Source: a virus (lineage: Duplodnaviria > Heunggongvirae > Uroviricota > Caudoviricetes). From it: a stretch of DNA of 64,000 bases. The DNA is taken from the IMG/VR virus record IMGVR_UViG_3300042564_003265. One strand, 5' to 3'. Both the position numbers and the translations under genes were made by a program. This document shows positions 44,171-54,019 of this stretch, one piece after another. Position 1 is the first letter of the stretch. Every line of letters begins with the position of its first letter. The notes under the pieces are model-generated. The model was not told the DNA's origin. It saw only the letters and a program-made list of their open reading frames with translations, and ran no database searches.

Positions 44171-45568
44171 TCAATTAGTTATTATTTCGTATTTTTCTTT
44201 TTTCCATATTAAATATGGATATTTCTTTAATCGTTCACACAATATATCCATAGCATCTCCGAACATTTCCCTGTTTACCGGTGTGTTTGCTTTACCATAT
44301 GCTTGAACAAATGAACCTCTTCTGTATTGTAAGTTAATTCTTTTTCTACCTAATGACAAAGAAATATAGATATATAATGCTCCGTGTAAAAATTGTTTGG
44401 ACATACAGTTTTTCATAAGTGCACCTTCGAGAATAAAATCATCTTCAGATAATATTACTTTCGGTGTAAAAACTTTATCGTTAATCACTATAGGAGTTTC
44501 AATATCATTAACAATTTCATCGGGTATATTGTATTTTAGTTTATATCCAACTGTTAAATGTTTTTTAAGTAGTGACCAAAAACTAATGAGGTAATCAATA
44601 TCATCAGGACTCCTCAATTTAATTTTTAAATCGTGACCTTTATCCTCCAAATATTTTCTTAATGTAAATAAATCTTGGATAGTGCTGAAAGGACTTTCAA
44701 TTCTTTCATCATCACTCATCCACTTAATAAGAACTTTAACTATGGCTTCTTTTTCAGAATCGTTTTTACAAGTGAAAGTTTTTCTTGGAGTGTTATGTAC
44801 CATACAGATAGTTTTCCAATCAATCTTTTTGATATACTCAAGATAGTTCTCACCAAACAATTTACATAGAAAGCTCAGACATTTAATATTAACTTTTCCC
44901 TTTGTATTTGAGGATAGTTCCCCAACTATGTACTTTGATTTAATTCCGTAGGATTCTAAAACTGCGGGTAGAAATTTATTATCATTCAGTTTTAAGTACT
45001 TCTTTTTTGGATACTCATCCATAATATGTTGATACACATTATTATGGAACTTGATATTCTTTTTATGTAGATGAAAGTCAACAATCAAATCATATAATGG
45101 ATTAATACAATTTTTGTTTTCGTAATCTTTATTTTTAATAAACTCATCATCAACATTTAGTAGTAATTCATTTTTGATGTGAGTGTAGATTGTTTCAATA
45201 ATTCTTTTATACTTTACACCCCAATAGTTTAAACGCTTCTCACCATAATAAAATCCTCTATCAACTAAATCACATATCTTTTCAAAGTTATTCTTCTTAA
45301 CGAATATGGCGGATTTTAATGAGCTCCCATTTTTAAGTCTATCATTTTCTAAACGATAGGTTACTTGGATATCTCCGGTATGTTTATTGATTATTAGTTC
45401 GTGGAAAAATCTTAATTTATTTCCTACATCGTATCTTGAATAGTTTGTATAAAAATCTGCACAATAAATTATATTGTTCTCATCTGAACCAAGTCTTAAT
45501 TCACAAGTGGAACTTGACTGTTTGTTTCTCTCAACCTTTTCTTGAAAATAATGTTCGTGTGTTACCAT
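44171..45568 (-). CDS. large hypothetical protein (465 aa), paralog of 45607-47439
   Basis: Shares the block LPAVLESYGIKSKYIVGEL (vs AAILDRLGIKSKQTVRIL in the partner) and a C-terminal H.C ... Y.Q motif region with the upstream gene. Confidence 0.5.
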   Translation of the reverse strand: MVTHEHYFQEKVERNKQSSSTCELRLGSDENNIIYCADFYTNYSRYDVGNKLRFFHELIINKHTGDIQVTYRLENDRLKNGSSLKSAIFVKKNNFEKICDLVDRGFYYGEKRLNYWGVKYKRIIETIYTHIKNELLLNVDDEFIKNKDYENKNCINPLYDLIVDFHLHKKNIKFHNNVYQHIMDEYPKKKYLKLNDNKFLPAVLESYGIKSKYIVGELSSNTKGKVNIKCLSFLCKLFGENYLEYIKKIDWKTICMVHNTPRKTFTCKNDSEKEAIVKVLIKWMSDDERIESPFSTIQDLFTLRKYLEDKGHDLKIKLRSPDDIDYLISFWSLLKKHLTVGYKLKYNIPDEIVNDIETPIVINDKVFTPKVILSEDDFILEGALMKNCMSKQFLHGALYIYISLSLGRKRINLQYRRGSFVQAYGKANTPVNREMFGDAMDILCERLKKYPYLIWKKEKYEIITN

Positions 45569-45606
45569 CTACATAAAATGTAGACAATAACTATTACATT
45601 GTGTAG

Positions 45607-47439
45607 TTAAAAGTCCCCAAAAATATCAAGGACGGTGTTGGGTTTTTTTGCTACCTCAATTCCGTTTATGGTTAATGGAATTACTCTTTTTTCGGTTGAT
45701 TTGATTGAATACTTATAATTTGTGATTCTTCTTTTTAATGCATCTAAAGCATCCTCAAAGTGTTCGGGAGGTGTTTGATTACAGAAATATCTTGATTGAG
45801 TACAAGTCTTATCCCTAACATCGAATTCATTGGTCACTCTTTCAGTACCTACCGGACTATCCGCTCTCAATGATACGATTATGGATATTTCCTTATTAGA
45901 ATATGATGCAACACAATGATGCATATGTGAACCTTCTTCAGAATATTCCATCTCCTGTTTTAATAATACCGGATAGTACATTCTATACTTTTCACTATGA
46001 ACAATACCGTCTAACTCCCAAACTTTAATTGGTTCTTCAATCGTTGAAATTAGTTTCTCGTCGAAAACATATTCAATTACACTACCCTTTTTAATTAACC
46101 TATCAAGACGTGAAAGTTCCAAGTGTTCGTTATGAAATTCCTGCCAGGTCTTAGCCCTCATCATAATATCAGGGTAGTAATCCCTTAATTTCTTAATCAT
46201 ATGGAAGTGGTCATCAACTTGATTAAGTTGACTATTGAACACTGACTCCAACCTATGATTGTTTTCATTATTTTTTGAAAACTCTTCAAATAATTTGATG
46301 AGGTTGTACTTCTCAGTGTCGTTTAAATCAAATGTATTTTCATACGTTACTTTCTCTTTGTAGAAGTTATTGTTATATGGTGACACTTTTGTTGGTAACG
46401 TCTCATCAAAAAGTCTCACGTCAATGTTTGAGAGGTATTTAAATAATCCATCCCCAAAGTATCTTTTCAAACGAAACAATCCTCTAATATCTGCATTAGG
46501 TATCTGATGAAGAATTCTTACTGTTTGTTTTGATTTAATACCCAATCTATCTAAAATTGCTGCAATTAATTTATTATCATTTCTCTTAAGAAATGGTTTT
46601 GTTGGGTAACATATACTAATCAGTCTTCTATAATTGTTTGGTGTTTTAATACCTTTAATCAACACAAACAAATCAATAAGATTGTTATATACCCATTCTC
46701 TACATTCATCCTTTGAATTGTAGTTTGGTTCTTCGGTTCTGTGATTTTGAAATGTATTGAAAAAATGGTAGAGTGTTTGATGAAAAGTCTTATCATTAAA
46801 CTCCTCACCAATCTCATTTTTTATTCTTTTACAACTTTCAAAATCTGTATTGTTTATACATCTAACCGCTCTTTCATTAAACCAAGTGATTGGTGACTCC
46901 AAAGCCATCATAACATTGGCAAAGGTATTTTTCCTTGCTTTCATTTGAGACGAGTTATATGCTTTCTCAAATGTGGTAATGTCACCGGTTTTTAAGTTTA
47001 TGGAAATACCATTTATGGTTGAGGCTTTTTTAAAATATTTACAATTCACAAAACGTTTTTTTGTGTGTGTAAACAATTTAATTGTCAACTTATCACCATT
47101 TTGAATAATTGACCTTTCGTATACGTAAGTTTCAACAGAACTAAAAGCCCTACCAAAATGTCGTTTTATTTGTTTATCATTTTTTGTGAAGTATGCCCCA
47201 TTTTTGTGACTAAAAAATCCGGTTAATGATATGTTAATACCTGTGGCTTCGGGAGAATAAAAAAACTTAGTATTTTTTCTTCTTAGTTCTGATTTAGATT
47301 CTAATTCAATAGTGGTTTTTGTGAACACGTCGAACGTATTAAACCCAAGATTTTTGGGTTTTTCAGATAACTTACAATAGTCCCTAAATGGGTGGATTTC
47401 CGAAAATGTGTACCTCTGAACAAGTATTTCTTTTTTCAT
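45607..47439 (-). CDS. large hypothetical protein (610 aa), paralog of 44171-45568
   Basis: See partner. C-terminal GSHMHHCVASYS vs NCMSKQFLHGALY in the partner. Confidence 0.5.
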   Translation of the reverse strand: MKKEILVQRYTFSEIHPFRDYCKLSEKPKNLGFNTFDVFTKTTIELESKSELRRKNTKFFYSPEATGINISLTGFFSHKNGAYFTKNDKQIKRHFGRAFSSVETYVYERSIIQNGDKLTIKLFTHTKKRFVNCKYFKKASTINGISINLKTGDITTFEKAYNSSQMKARKNTFANVMMALESPITWFNERAVRCINNTDFESCKRIKNEIGEEFNDKTFHQTLYHFFNTFQNHRTEEPNYNSKDECREWVYNNLIDLFVLIKGIKTPNNYRRLISICYPTKPFLKRNDNKLIAAILDRLGIKSKQTVRILHQIPNADIRGLFRLKRYFGDGLFKYLSNIDVRLFDETLPTKVSPYNNNFYKEKVTYENTFDLNDTEKYNLIKLFEEFSKNNENNHRLESVFNSQLNQVDDHFHMIKKLRDYYPDIMMRAKTWQEFHNEHLELSRLDRLIKKGSVIEYVFDEKLISTIEEPIKVWELDGIVHSEKYRMYYPVLLKQEMEYSEEGSHMHHCVASYSNKEISIIVSLRADSPVGTERVTNEFDVRDKTCTQSRYFCNQTPPEHFEDALDALKRRITNYKYSIKSTEKRVIPLTINGIEVAKKPNTVLDIFGDF

Positions 47440-47513
47440 ATGTGTGTTATTAGTCCGAATTCAAAGATAAGAAAAAAACTGGAATATCACTATTTATTTA
47501 AAAAGTTTTTAAT

Positions 47514-47642
47514 ATGGCAAAAGCAAAAGGAAGCTCTTCATCTATGAAGGTATCATTCGGTAAAAAAAGTTCAGGTAAAGCTCGCAAATCTTACGGACCT
47601 AAAGACCAGAAACCAAAGAGATACAGAGGTCAAGGACGTTAA
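47514..47642 (+). CDS. small, very basic protein (42 aa)
   Basis: MAKAKGSSSSMKVSFGKKSSGKARKSYGPKDQKPKRYRGQGR. Lone plus-strand ORF convergent with the neighbouring gene. Below the ORF-track size cutoff. Confidence 0.3.
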   Translation: MAKAKGSSSSMKVSFGKKSSGKARKSYGPKDQKPKRYRGQGR

Positions 47643-47890
47643 TCTTCATCATATATAGGGTAAATGTGAATAGGGGTATATTCACCAACATATGCGTTTA
47701 GTATGTTGAAGTGTACCCATTCCAAAGCGTCTTCGAATGAGTAACCACTCGTTTGTTGTGTTATCGATATCATTTTATCGATATCGTATACCGCTTTGCC
47801 TAAATCGGTAAACCCAATAATTGCCGAATCCAATCCATCCCATAGAATTGCGTCAGGATTAACCTCCGCTAGTTTTTCTTTTACTGTCAT
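47639..47890 (-). CDS. hypothetical protein
   Basis: ORF. Confidence 0.45.
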   Translation of the reverse strand: MTVKEKLAEVNPDAILWDGLDSAIIGFTDLGKAVYDIDKMISITQQTSGYSFEDALEWVHFNILNAYVGEYTPIHIYPIYDED

Positions 47891-48420
47891 AGTCTACCTG
47901 CTCCTTTATATGATTTTTTATATTTTGGTTCACTTAATGAACTAATCTTTACCCCCTCATCTTTATTTGCTGCGTGTACAAATCTATCATCACCAATGTA
48001 AATCCCACAGTGCCAACCTGATGGACTTTGTCTACTTCTAAAAAAAACTATGTCACCAACAACCAAATTAGTTTTAGGGATTCTTTTGGTTTGATTCCAT
48101 TGTTTGTACGCCACATTCTCCAAACGTAAATTGTAAATTTCAGAATATAATCTTTTTGTAAATTGTGAACAGTCAATCCCTCTTTTGGTTGAGCCACCTA
48201 ATTTATATCTAACCCCTAACCAGTCTCTCACAAATGCGTCAAGTCTTGCACTATCGGTAAGTGGTATTTTCTCAGTTTTACCTTTAACCATTACATACAT
48301 AAAATTGGTGTCAACCAATGATTGTTTGTAGGTTACATAATCTGAAAATTGATTTTGTCCTAATGTTGAAATTGTTGGTAATATAATCAACAACAATGTT
48401 ATAATATTTTTCATACTCAA
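47887..48420 (-). CDS. NlpC/P60-family peptidoglycan endopeptidase with a signal peptide
   Basis: Signal-like MSMKNIITLLLIILPTISTLG. Catalytic core GIDCSQF ... GDIVFF ... WHCGIYIGDDRFVHA (Cys-His-His). Confidence 0.8.
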   Translation of the reverse strand: MSMKNIITLLLIILPTISTLGQNQFSDYVTYKQSLVDTNFMYVMVKGKTEKIPLTDSARLDAFVRDWLGVRYKLGGSTKRGIDCSQFTKRLYSEIYNLRLENVAYKQWNQTKRIPKTNLVVGDIVFFRSRQSPSGWHCGIYIGDDRFVHAANKDEGVKISSLSEPKYKKSYKGAGRL

Positions 48421-49511
48421 TTACTTAATGGTGCCTTAATCGGTGGATGTGATATATAGTTTTCCAAAATCACGTCGTGCTCACCAAATGAAAATATACC
48501 ATCTCTAACTTGTACAGTTGGTAAATCAAACGGTTCTCTTTTTATTTGTTCTTTGGCTTGTTCAATATGGTCAGAATAAAGATGAACATCACCTAAATTA
48601 CCGATTAACTCATCCGGTATCATATTCATTTCATCTGCTATCATCATCAATAATAAACCATAAGATGCAATGTTAAATGGTAAACCTAAAAACGTATCAA
48701 CACTTCTTTGATTCCACATTAATGAGATTGCTCTCTTAGGTATATTATTTGATTGTAGTTCTTCACTTAATCCTCCACCGAACGGTACAATATCTTCAAC
48801 CATCAAGTCGAATATTTCTTTACCGACTTTCTTTTCTAATAGTTCCCATCTTTCTTCACCACTCAACTCTCTTGTGTAAACTTGAAATCCATAATGACAA
48901 GGTGGTAAAATCATATAATCCAATTCACCCACATTCCAAGCAGATACCATTAATCTTCTACTATCCGGATTTGTTTTAAGTTCGTTGATTAGGTTTTGTA
49001 TTTGGTCAATCTGTTCACCGACCTTACTCCAACTTCTCCATTGCTTACCATAGATTGGTCCTAACTCACCCCACTTCTCCGCAAACTCATCATCGGTTTT
49101 GATATTCTCGATGAACTCTTCTTTTGTTAGTGGTGTAAGTTCATCGGCGTTACTAAACCATTTTTCAATGTGAGGTTGCATCCCCATAATGTCACCAGAT
49201 TTATAACCATCAATAACATCCTCGATTTTTTTACTGTAATTTTTGTAGGCATCACCATCCCAAATATGACATCCATTCATCACAAGGTATTTGATGTTGG
49301 TACTTCCGCTTAGGAACCATATTAATTCAGTAACCATCGTTTTCCAAGCCATCTTCTTAGTTGTTAACAATGGAAATCCTTCACTCATTTTATGACGGAT
49401 TTGTCTACCGAATACTGAAATTGTTCCTGTACCGGTTCTATCTTTTTTCTGCACACCCCAATGAAGAATGTCTTCTAGTAATGCTTGGTACCTCGGGTCT
49501 AAATTATTCAT
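48417..49511 (-). CDS. thyA: thymidylate synthase (ThyA) homolog with a ~100-aa insertion
   Basis: KKDRTGTGTISVFG, active-site ILPPCHYGFQVY, GLPFNIASYGLLLMMIA (Asn retained, so uracil-specific). 364 aa versus ~264 for canonical ThyA. A dUMP hydroxymethylase cannot be excluded from sequence alone. Confidence 0.75.
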   Translation of the reverse strand: MNNLDPRYQALLEDILHWGVQKKDRTGTGTISVFGRQIRHKMSEGFPLLTTKKMAWKTMVTELIWFLSGSTNIKYLVMNGCHIWDGDAYKNYSKKIEDVIDGYKSGDIMGMQPHIEKWFSNADELTPLTKEEFIENIKTDDEFAEKWGELGPIYGKQWRSWSKVGEQIDQIQNLINELKTNPDSRRLMVSAWNVGELDYMILPPCHYGFQVYTRELSGEERWELLEKKVGKEIFDLMVEDIVPFGGGLSEELQSNNIPKRAISLMWNQRSVDTFLGLPFNIASYGLLLMMIADEMNMIPDELIGNLGDVHLYSDHIEQAKEQIKREPFDLPTVQVRDGIFSFGEHDVILENYISHPPIKAPLSN

Positions 49512-49878
49512 AATTGTTTTTTTCTATTTTCAATCTTTTTTTATTTTCTCTCTCAAGTTCAGATGAATATCTTTCTTTCATTCCGATTATTCTATGGAAA
49601 TCTTTATACGCCGTTGGGTGGTAATCTTTAAGGTACGATATCCCCAATTCGTATTCAAATAAAACATCTTCATATCTAAGTTCCTTTTTAGACCAACCAT
49701 CCTCAGCAAATTGTAGTTCTGATTTTAATGAGTCAATTACATTTCTTAAAGAATCTTCTTTACTAATGTTAATTGGTGGGGGGACCATATTGTGTGGTTT
49801 GTTTACCGCAATTATTGTTAAAAGTAGTATAACGGCTATACCAATAATTAGACTAGTCGTTGTGTCTCTGTTATCCAT
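49504..49878 (-). CDS. membrane-anchored coiled-coil protein
   Basis: N-terminal TM helix followed by charged helical segments. Confidence 0.45.
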   Translation of the reverse strand: MDNRDTTTSLIIGIAVILLLTIIAVNKPHNMVPPPINISKEDSLRNVIDSLKSELQFAEDGWSKKELRYEDVLFEYELGISYLKDYHPTAYKDFHRIIGMKERYSSELERENKKRLKIEKNNYE

Positions 49879-50525
49879 TATATTAATTTGTTTTTAAGTT
49901 TCTCTGAAAAAATTGAAGCTAATTTTTTATGTGCGTTTTCACCATAATGATTATCTTCCACCACTTTAGTTTCCATTTTTATCGTTTCAAGTTTCAACAA
50001 CTTATTTACGTTCAGATTAACATTATCATCAAAAGGAGTCCAATGAATTATCTTATTATTTTTCATTGTGTGATTAATGAAATGAATCCAGGCGTTAACT
50101 TCGTTGTAATATAATAAATTATCTCTATTAACAAAAATTTCTTCGATAGTACTTCTTGAAAGGTCGGTGTGATGACTAATATGGAAGTCGGTGACTGTAC
50201 CCGGCACAAACTTTACCCAATCACCATCTTTTGCCGCCAATCTAAATCTAATAACACTTGACCAACCGATTATTACTATGTCATTTTCTTTAATTCTGTG
50301 TACATTCTTACATAGGGTTCCAAAAATAGAATAGTTATCATACCCACACACTCCACAATTTTCCGATTCAATACCTAACTCTTCACCTAAGAAATCGCAA
50401 TATACTTTTGGAGTGTATCCTTTGAATTCGATATAGTTTTTAGACCATTCGGAATTCATATCATACCTCTGAGTGTAACTATCACCAAAACACCAAAGTT
50501 TATTTTTCATTTGAGTAATATGCAT
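49878..50525 (-). CDS. SGNH/GDSL hydrolase family protein, paralog 5
   Basis: KLWCFGDSYTQRY and DNHYGENAHKKLA. True start may be the internal MKNKLW. Confidence 0.5.
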   Translation of the reverse strand: MHITQMKNKLWCFGDSYTQRYDMNSEWSKNYIEFKGYTPKVYCDFLGEELGIESENCGVCGYDNYSIFGTLCKNVHRIKENDIVIIGWSSVIRFRLAAKDGDWVKFVPGTVTDFHISHHTDLSRSTIEEIFVNRDNLLYYNEVNAWIHFINHTMKNNKIIHWTPFDDNVNLNVNKLLKLETIKMETKVVEDNHYGENAHKKLASIFSEKLKNKLI

Positions 50526-50718
50526 TTCTTTGAAATTGTACCCCCATAAAAAATGTTAACCATCTCATACTAAAACCGAACGCGGGTGTAAAAAGACCGG
50601 TTTCAAAGAACACATCTTTTCTGTAAAAAAATACCACCGTTGGTATAATAAACCAATGATACCTTTTATTATAAATAAAAAAATCTGTTAGATATTTTGG
50701 TTCTTTAATTTTTGTCAT
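50500..50718 (-). CDS. small membrane protein
   Basis: Hydrophobic ORF bridging neighbouring genes. Confidence 0.3.
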   Translation of the reverse strand: MTKIKEPKYLTDFFIYNKRYHWFIIPTVVFFYRKDVFFETGLFTPAFGFSMRWLTFFMGVQFQRNAYYSNEK

Positions 50719-51188
50719 ATGATTGTTTTTATTCTTTTTTGTTTAACGTATTTGTTCTTTATATGAATGTAAGAATCAAATAATGTCATATCTAATGGAA
50801 TGTTTAAATATTCACACAATTCATATAACGATTCTGATGGTTCGTCCTTAAAAATGTCTTCATAATAATAAATTTTATTATTACCTGCAACCGAATCAAA
50901 AATTGAAGTCCATTCGTTATTTATTTTTCTTTTAATGTAAATAACTTTGTCAAACTCTTTTATGATTCTATACGAATGTTCCAACAATGATTCACCATTT
51001 TTAAATAAAAGTGGGTCTGGTTCTTTTGAAAAAACTGTTTTAACAATACAATCGTCACCCCATTCAACTTCGGTTGTTCTTTTAAATGGTTCGTACATTG
51101 AAACGTAATGTTTTGGGAACGACTCCACAATAAATTTAAATAAAGAACTGGTACCTGAATTTTGGATTCCGAATATTAAAACTTTCAT
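50715..51188 (-). CDS. P-loop-like protein, weak sulfotransferase-like N-terminus
   Basis: MKVLIFGIQNSGTSSLFKF resembles the sulfotransferase PSB loop (G.P(K/R)SGTT.L). Confidence 0.3.
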   Translation of the reverse strand: MKVLIFGIQNSGTSSLFKFIVESFPKHYVSMYEPFKRTTEVEWGDDCIVKTVFSKEPDPLLFKNGESLLEHSYRIIKEFDKVIYIKRKINNEWTSIFDSVAGNNKIYYYEDIFKDEPSESLYELCEYLNIPLDMTLFDSYIHIKNKYVKQKRIKTII

Positions 51189-51191
51189 AAA

Positions 51192-51494
51192 TTACTCACC
51201 ATCACCGTCATCATCATAGTTACCGGTTGTTTTTCGCAATAATCTATCCACCTCATCTTCCTTTTCCCTCATCTCAATCATTCTAATATAGTAGGTTTCA
51301 GGACTATTGGTTTCTGACTTCATATTTTTATCAAACCATTTACTAAACCATTTTCCTTGGTATACCAATACTTGACATCTATCGGCAAATTCATTTGCAT
51401 CATCTTGGTCTAATAATCCTTCGTCAACTAACTTAGATAGTACTAAGTCTTTAACTTTGTTGTAATTTTCCATTTCACCTTTTAAATCAAACAT
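51192..51494 (-). CDS. hypothetical acidic protein
   Basis: ORF. Confidence 0.45.
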   Translation of the reverse strand: MFDLKGEMENYNKVKDLVLSKLVDEGLLDQDDANEFADRCQVLVYQGKWFSKWFDKNMKSETNSPETYYIRMIEMREKEDEVDRLLRKTTGNYDDDGDGE

Positions 51495-51705
51495 TGTCTT
51501 GGGTTTTAGGTTCTTCTTTTAATTTGTTTAAACACTTATAAAGTGTGTGGGACTCGGCCAGTGTGTACGCTCCCTGACTCTGTAAAGTCTCGATAGATAA
51601 CTCAATAATCTTCAACGAAGTCTCCTTATCAAGTTTATCCACCAAATAGTCATCCAGCTCTTGGGATGTCCTATATTCTAAAAATCCATTAAAAATACTT
51701 GCCAT
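51487..51705 (-). CDS. hypothetical protein
   Basis: ORF. Confidence 0.4.
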   Translation of the reverse strand: MASIFNGFLEYRTSQELDDYLVDKLDKETSLKIIELSIETLQSQGAYTLAESHTLYKCLNKLKEEPKTQDNV

Positions 51706-51752
51706 AGTTTAATATTACAAAATTATTTCGGAAAAACCAAATAATTATAGGT

Positions 51753-52112
51753 ATGTCAGTTTTAATTAATAACCAAACCTTTTCTGCTGAGTACCTAAGT
51801 GAACCCAATGATATCAGAAGGGGTATGATGGGTAGAGAAGAATTAAACGGTTGTATGGTCTTTAAAATGGGTATGGGGACACATTCATTTTGGATGAAGA
51901 ACTGTCTAATACCTCTTGACATTGTTTTCGTTAATAAAGATAGAATTAGTAACATACACCGTGATTGTCAACCCTGTGACGCTGATTGTAATCAAAGATA
52001 CGGAGGTATCGGTGACCACGTAATCGAATTCCCATCAGGTACCACTTCCAATTGGAAGATTGGTGATAAGGTTAAAATGTATCTTGGGACTCCTCAAAAC
52101 CCTGTTCGATAA
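51753..52112 (+). CDS. DUF192 (COG1430) family protein
   Basis: GMMGREELNGCMVFKMGMGTHSFWMKNCLIPLDIVFVNKD...GDHVIEFPSG matches the DUF192 core (GLM.R ... GMlF ... FWMkNt.iPLDiiF ... EL..G). Lone plus-strand gene inside the minus block. Confidence 0.55.
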   Translation: MSVLINNQTFSAEYLSEPNDIRRGMMGREELNGCMVFKMGMGTHSFWMKNCLIPLDIVFVNKDRISNIHRDCQPCDADCNQRYGGIGDHVIEFPSGTTSNWKIGDKVKMYLGTPQNPVR

Positions 52113-52773
52113 AATCCTCAACCTTCGTTAAAAATTCATACTTAACTTTGGGTTTAACCTTTTCAAATACCCAAAAATAGGAGTGGTATTTTCTAGCGTG
52201 TTCTTGTTTTGTCCATTTAGTACCGAAACTATTGATACGAACGTTAGATGTTAACACGAACATATCTTTAGGGTAAAATCCAATCTCCATCGCCATATTC
52301 ATAATTAAACAATGGGTAAAATGATTCTTACCACCTGAAACGGTATCTTGGCATTTGAATACCACGATTCCACCCTTTTCAGTTATTCTATATAACTCTT
52401 TTAATGTGTTATAATAGTTTCTAGTTAGGTGACCATAACTCTCATAACCTTCATATCTCTTTGCGATGATTGAACTTCCTTCTTTGTTACCTCGATAAGA
52501 TTTACCTGCAATAACGAATGGAGGGTCGTACATAACACTTTTCATTGAACCATCATCAAAAGGTAGATTCTCAGAATCTGCTTGGATAATAGTATCGTTC
52601 TTAGGAAACAAATCAGATTTAATCTTAGGTCCCTTTAAGTTTTTCCAAAAATTACCCGTGGAATATGTACAATCAAGGTCAAATTGTTCAATATTATACA
52701 ATTCCATTATGCTCTTGATAACTTCGTCGTTTGAGTTGTAAACGCTTTTAATTGGTTTGAAATCCTTTTCCAT
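52072..52773 (-). CDS. DNA methyltransferase, N6-adenine/N4-cytosine type (DPPF motif)
   Basis: VMYDPPFVIAG (motif IV DPP[YF]) preceded by an FxGxG-like segment. Target base not determinable. Confidence 0.45.
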   Translation of the reverse strand: MEKDFKPIKSVYNSNDEVIKSIMELYNIEQFDLDCTYSTGNFWKNLKGPKIKSDLFPKNDTIIQADSENLPFDDGSMKSVMYDPPFVIAGKSYRGNKEGSSIIAKRYEGYESYGHLTRNYYNTLKELYRITEKGGIVVFKCQDTVSGGKNHFTHCLIMNMAMEIGFYPKDMFVLTSNVRINSFGTKWTKQEHARKYHSYFWVFEKVKPKVKYEFLTKVEDFIEQGFEESQDTF

Positions 52774-52776
52774 TTT

Positions 52777-53475
52777 TTAAATTAAATTTTTTAGTTGCGG
52801 GTAAATAAATTCTTCAAATATTATTTTTTGTGATTCGTTTCCAAAGTGTGAATCTTTCGGTATTGGCGGTATGTTATTTTCTTTAACAAACTCATCCACC
52901 GTACCATAAAGTATACGTATTTTTTTTATCAATTCCAAATAACCGGATTTTTCTGCCAACTTATGTATATCCTCATACCAACTGAAGAAAACTACTTTCT
53001 TTCCATAACCCTCACATATTGTATTGATTGTCAATATAGTATGGAATATTTTTAGTTCTAAATTAAATCTTGAGATGACTGATTGTTCATATATGAAATC
53101 TAAAATTTTATCAGCATCGTATCTTTTACCAAACTCAGATTCAAACGCCGGTTTGTTTCTCATTGTGGTAAAATTAAAATATGTGTATCCATTGATTTGT
53201 GTTGGAGAGTGTAAACCTTTCTCATATGAATTTATCATTGACGCACCTACCATTGTTCTCGCGGGGTGTGTTAGTTGAACAACAAAGAAGTCTAAATCCG
53301 GATTGTTATCAATTATGTATTTTATTTTTTCAATGTTATATTCATTTGACCCTCCTCTTGAGGATGATGAAATTATCTCAGCACCATATTTTTCACCCAT
53401 ATGAAACCACCAAGGTTCTCCCCCATAATTTAATGAACTATGAGAACAACCTGTAACTCCAATTTTCATATTCAC
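52777..53475 (-). CDS. SGNH/GDSL hydrolase family protein, paralog 6 (divergent)
   Basis: MNMKIGVTGCSHSS and C-terminal DSHFGNESQKI. Confidence 0.4.
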   Translation of the reverse strand: MNMKIGVTGCSHSSLNYGGEPWWFHMGEKYGAEIISSSSRGGSNEYNIEKIKYIIDNNPDLDFFVVQLTHPARTMVGASMINSYEKGLHSPTQINGYTYFNFTTMRNKPAFESEFGKRYDADKILDFIYEQSVISRFNLELKIFHTILTINTICEGYGKKVVFFSWYEDIHKLAEKSGYLELIKKIRILYGTVDEFVKENNIPPIPKDSHFGNESQKIIFEEFIYPQLKNLI

Positions 53476-53563
53476 TTGATTTTAAAATAATTTTTAGTTA
53501 GATTTAATTAAAATATATACAATAAAAAACAATAAACCAAAATATTTATAAAAAAACAAAATT

Positions 53564-53752
53564 ATGGGCTGCGGATGTAAAAAAAGAAATGTTCAACCAC
53601 AAAACACTCCGTTACCAACTGAGGTAACATTAGATTTGTCTACGGAAACCACAAGTACTGAGTTGGGTCCGGTAACTGAGGAACAAAGTCAGTTAATTGA
53701 TGAGATAGCTAAAAAATTAAGAGAAATCAATTCTACTGAGGAAACTCAATAA
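53564..53752 (+). CDS. small hypothetical protein
   Basis: ORF followed by a terminator. Confidence 0.4.
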   Translation: MGCGCKKRNVQPQNTPLPTEVTLDLSTETTSTELGPVTEEQSQLIDEIAKKLREINSTEETQ

Positions 53753-53762
53753 TATTAAAATG

Positions 53763-53786
53763 TCGGACTATGTCCGATATTTTTTG
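53763..53786 (+). terminator. rho-independent terminator
   Basis: TCGGAC tat GTCCGA followed by a T-tract. Confidence 0.5.
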
Positions 53787-53818
53787 TCCTTATAATATAT
53801 AAGATTATATATACTAAT

Positions 53819-54016
53819 ATGAAAGCAGAAGTTAAATTAACAAGTGTAAACATTTTAGATGATGTTTACAAAAAATTCAAAATCAAATCAATCGACGGTT
53901 CTATCAACCTACAAAAACTTGTAAACAGGTCTTTAGATTTATACATTAAAGACGAAAATTTTAAAGATAAGATTGAAAATCATAACGGATTAGCGTCCAG
54001 CGGTTCAAAGTTTTAA
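53819..54016 (+). CDS. small hypothetical protein
   Basis: ORF immediately upstream of the glycosyltransferase gene. Confidence 0.4.
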   Translation: MKAEVKLTSVNILDDVYKKFKIKSIDGSINLQKLVNRSLDLYIKDENFKDKIENHNGLASSGSKF

Positions 54017-54019
54017 TTA

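Noticed and set aside
47514-47642. Small basic ORF as a ribosomal-protein (Thx/L34-like) homolog
   Set aside because: Only composition is similar, with no conserved motif. Kept as a low-confidence hypothetical CDS.
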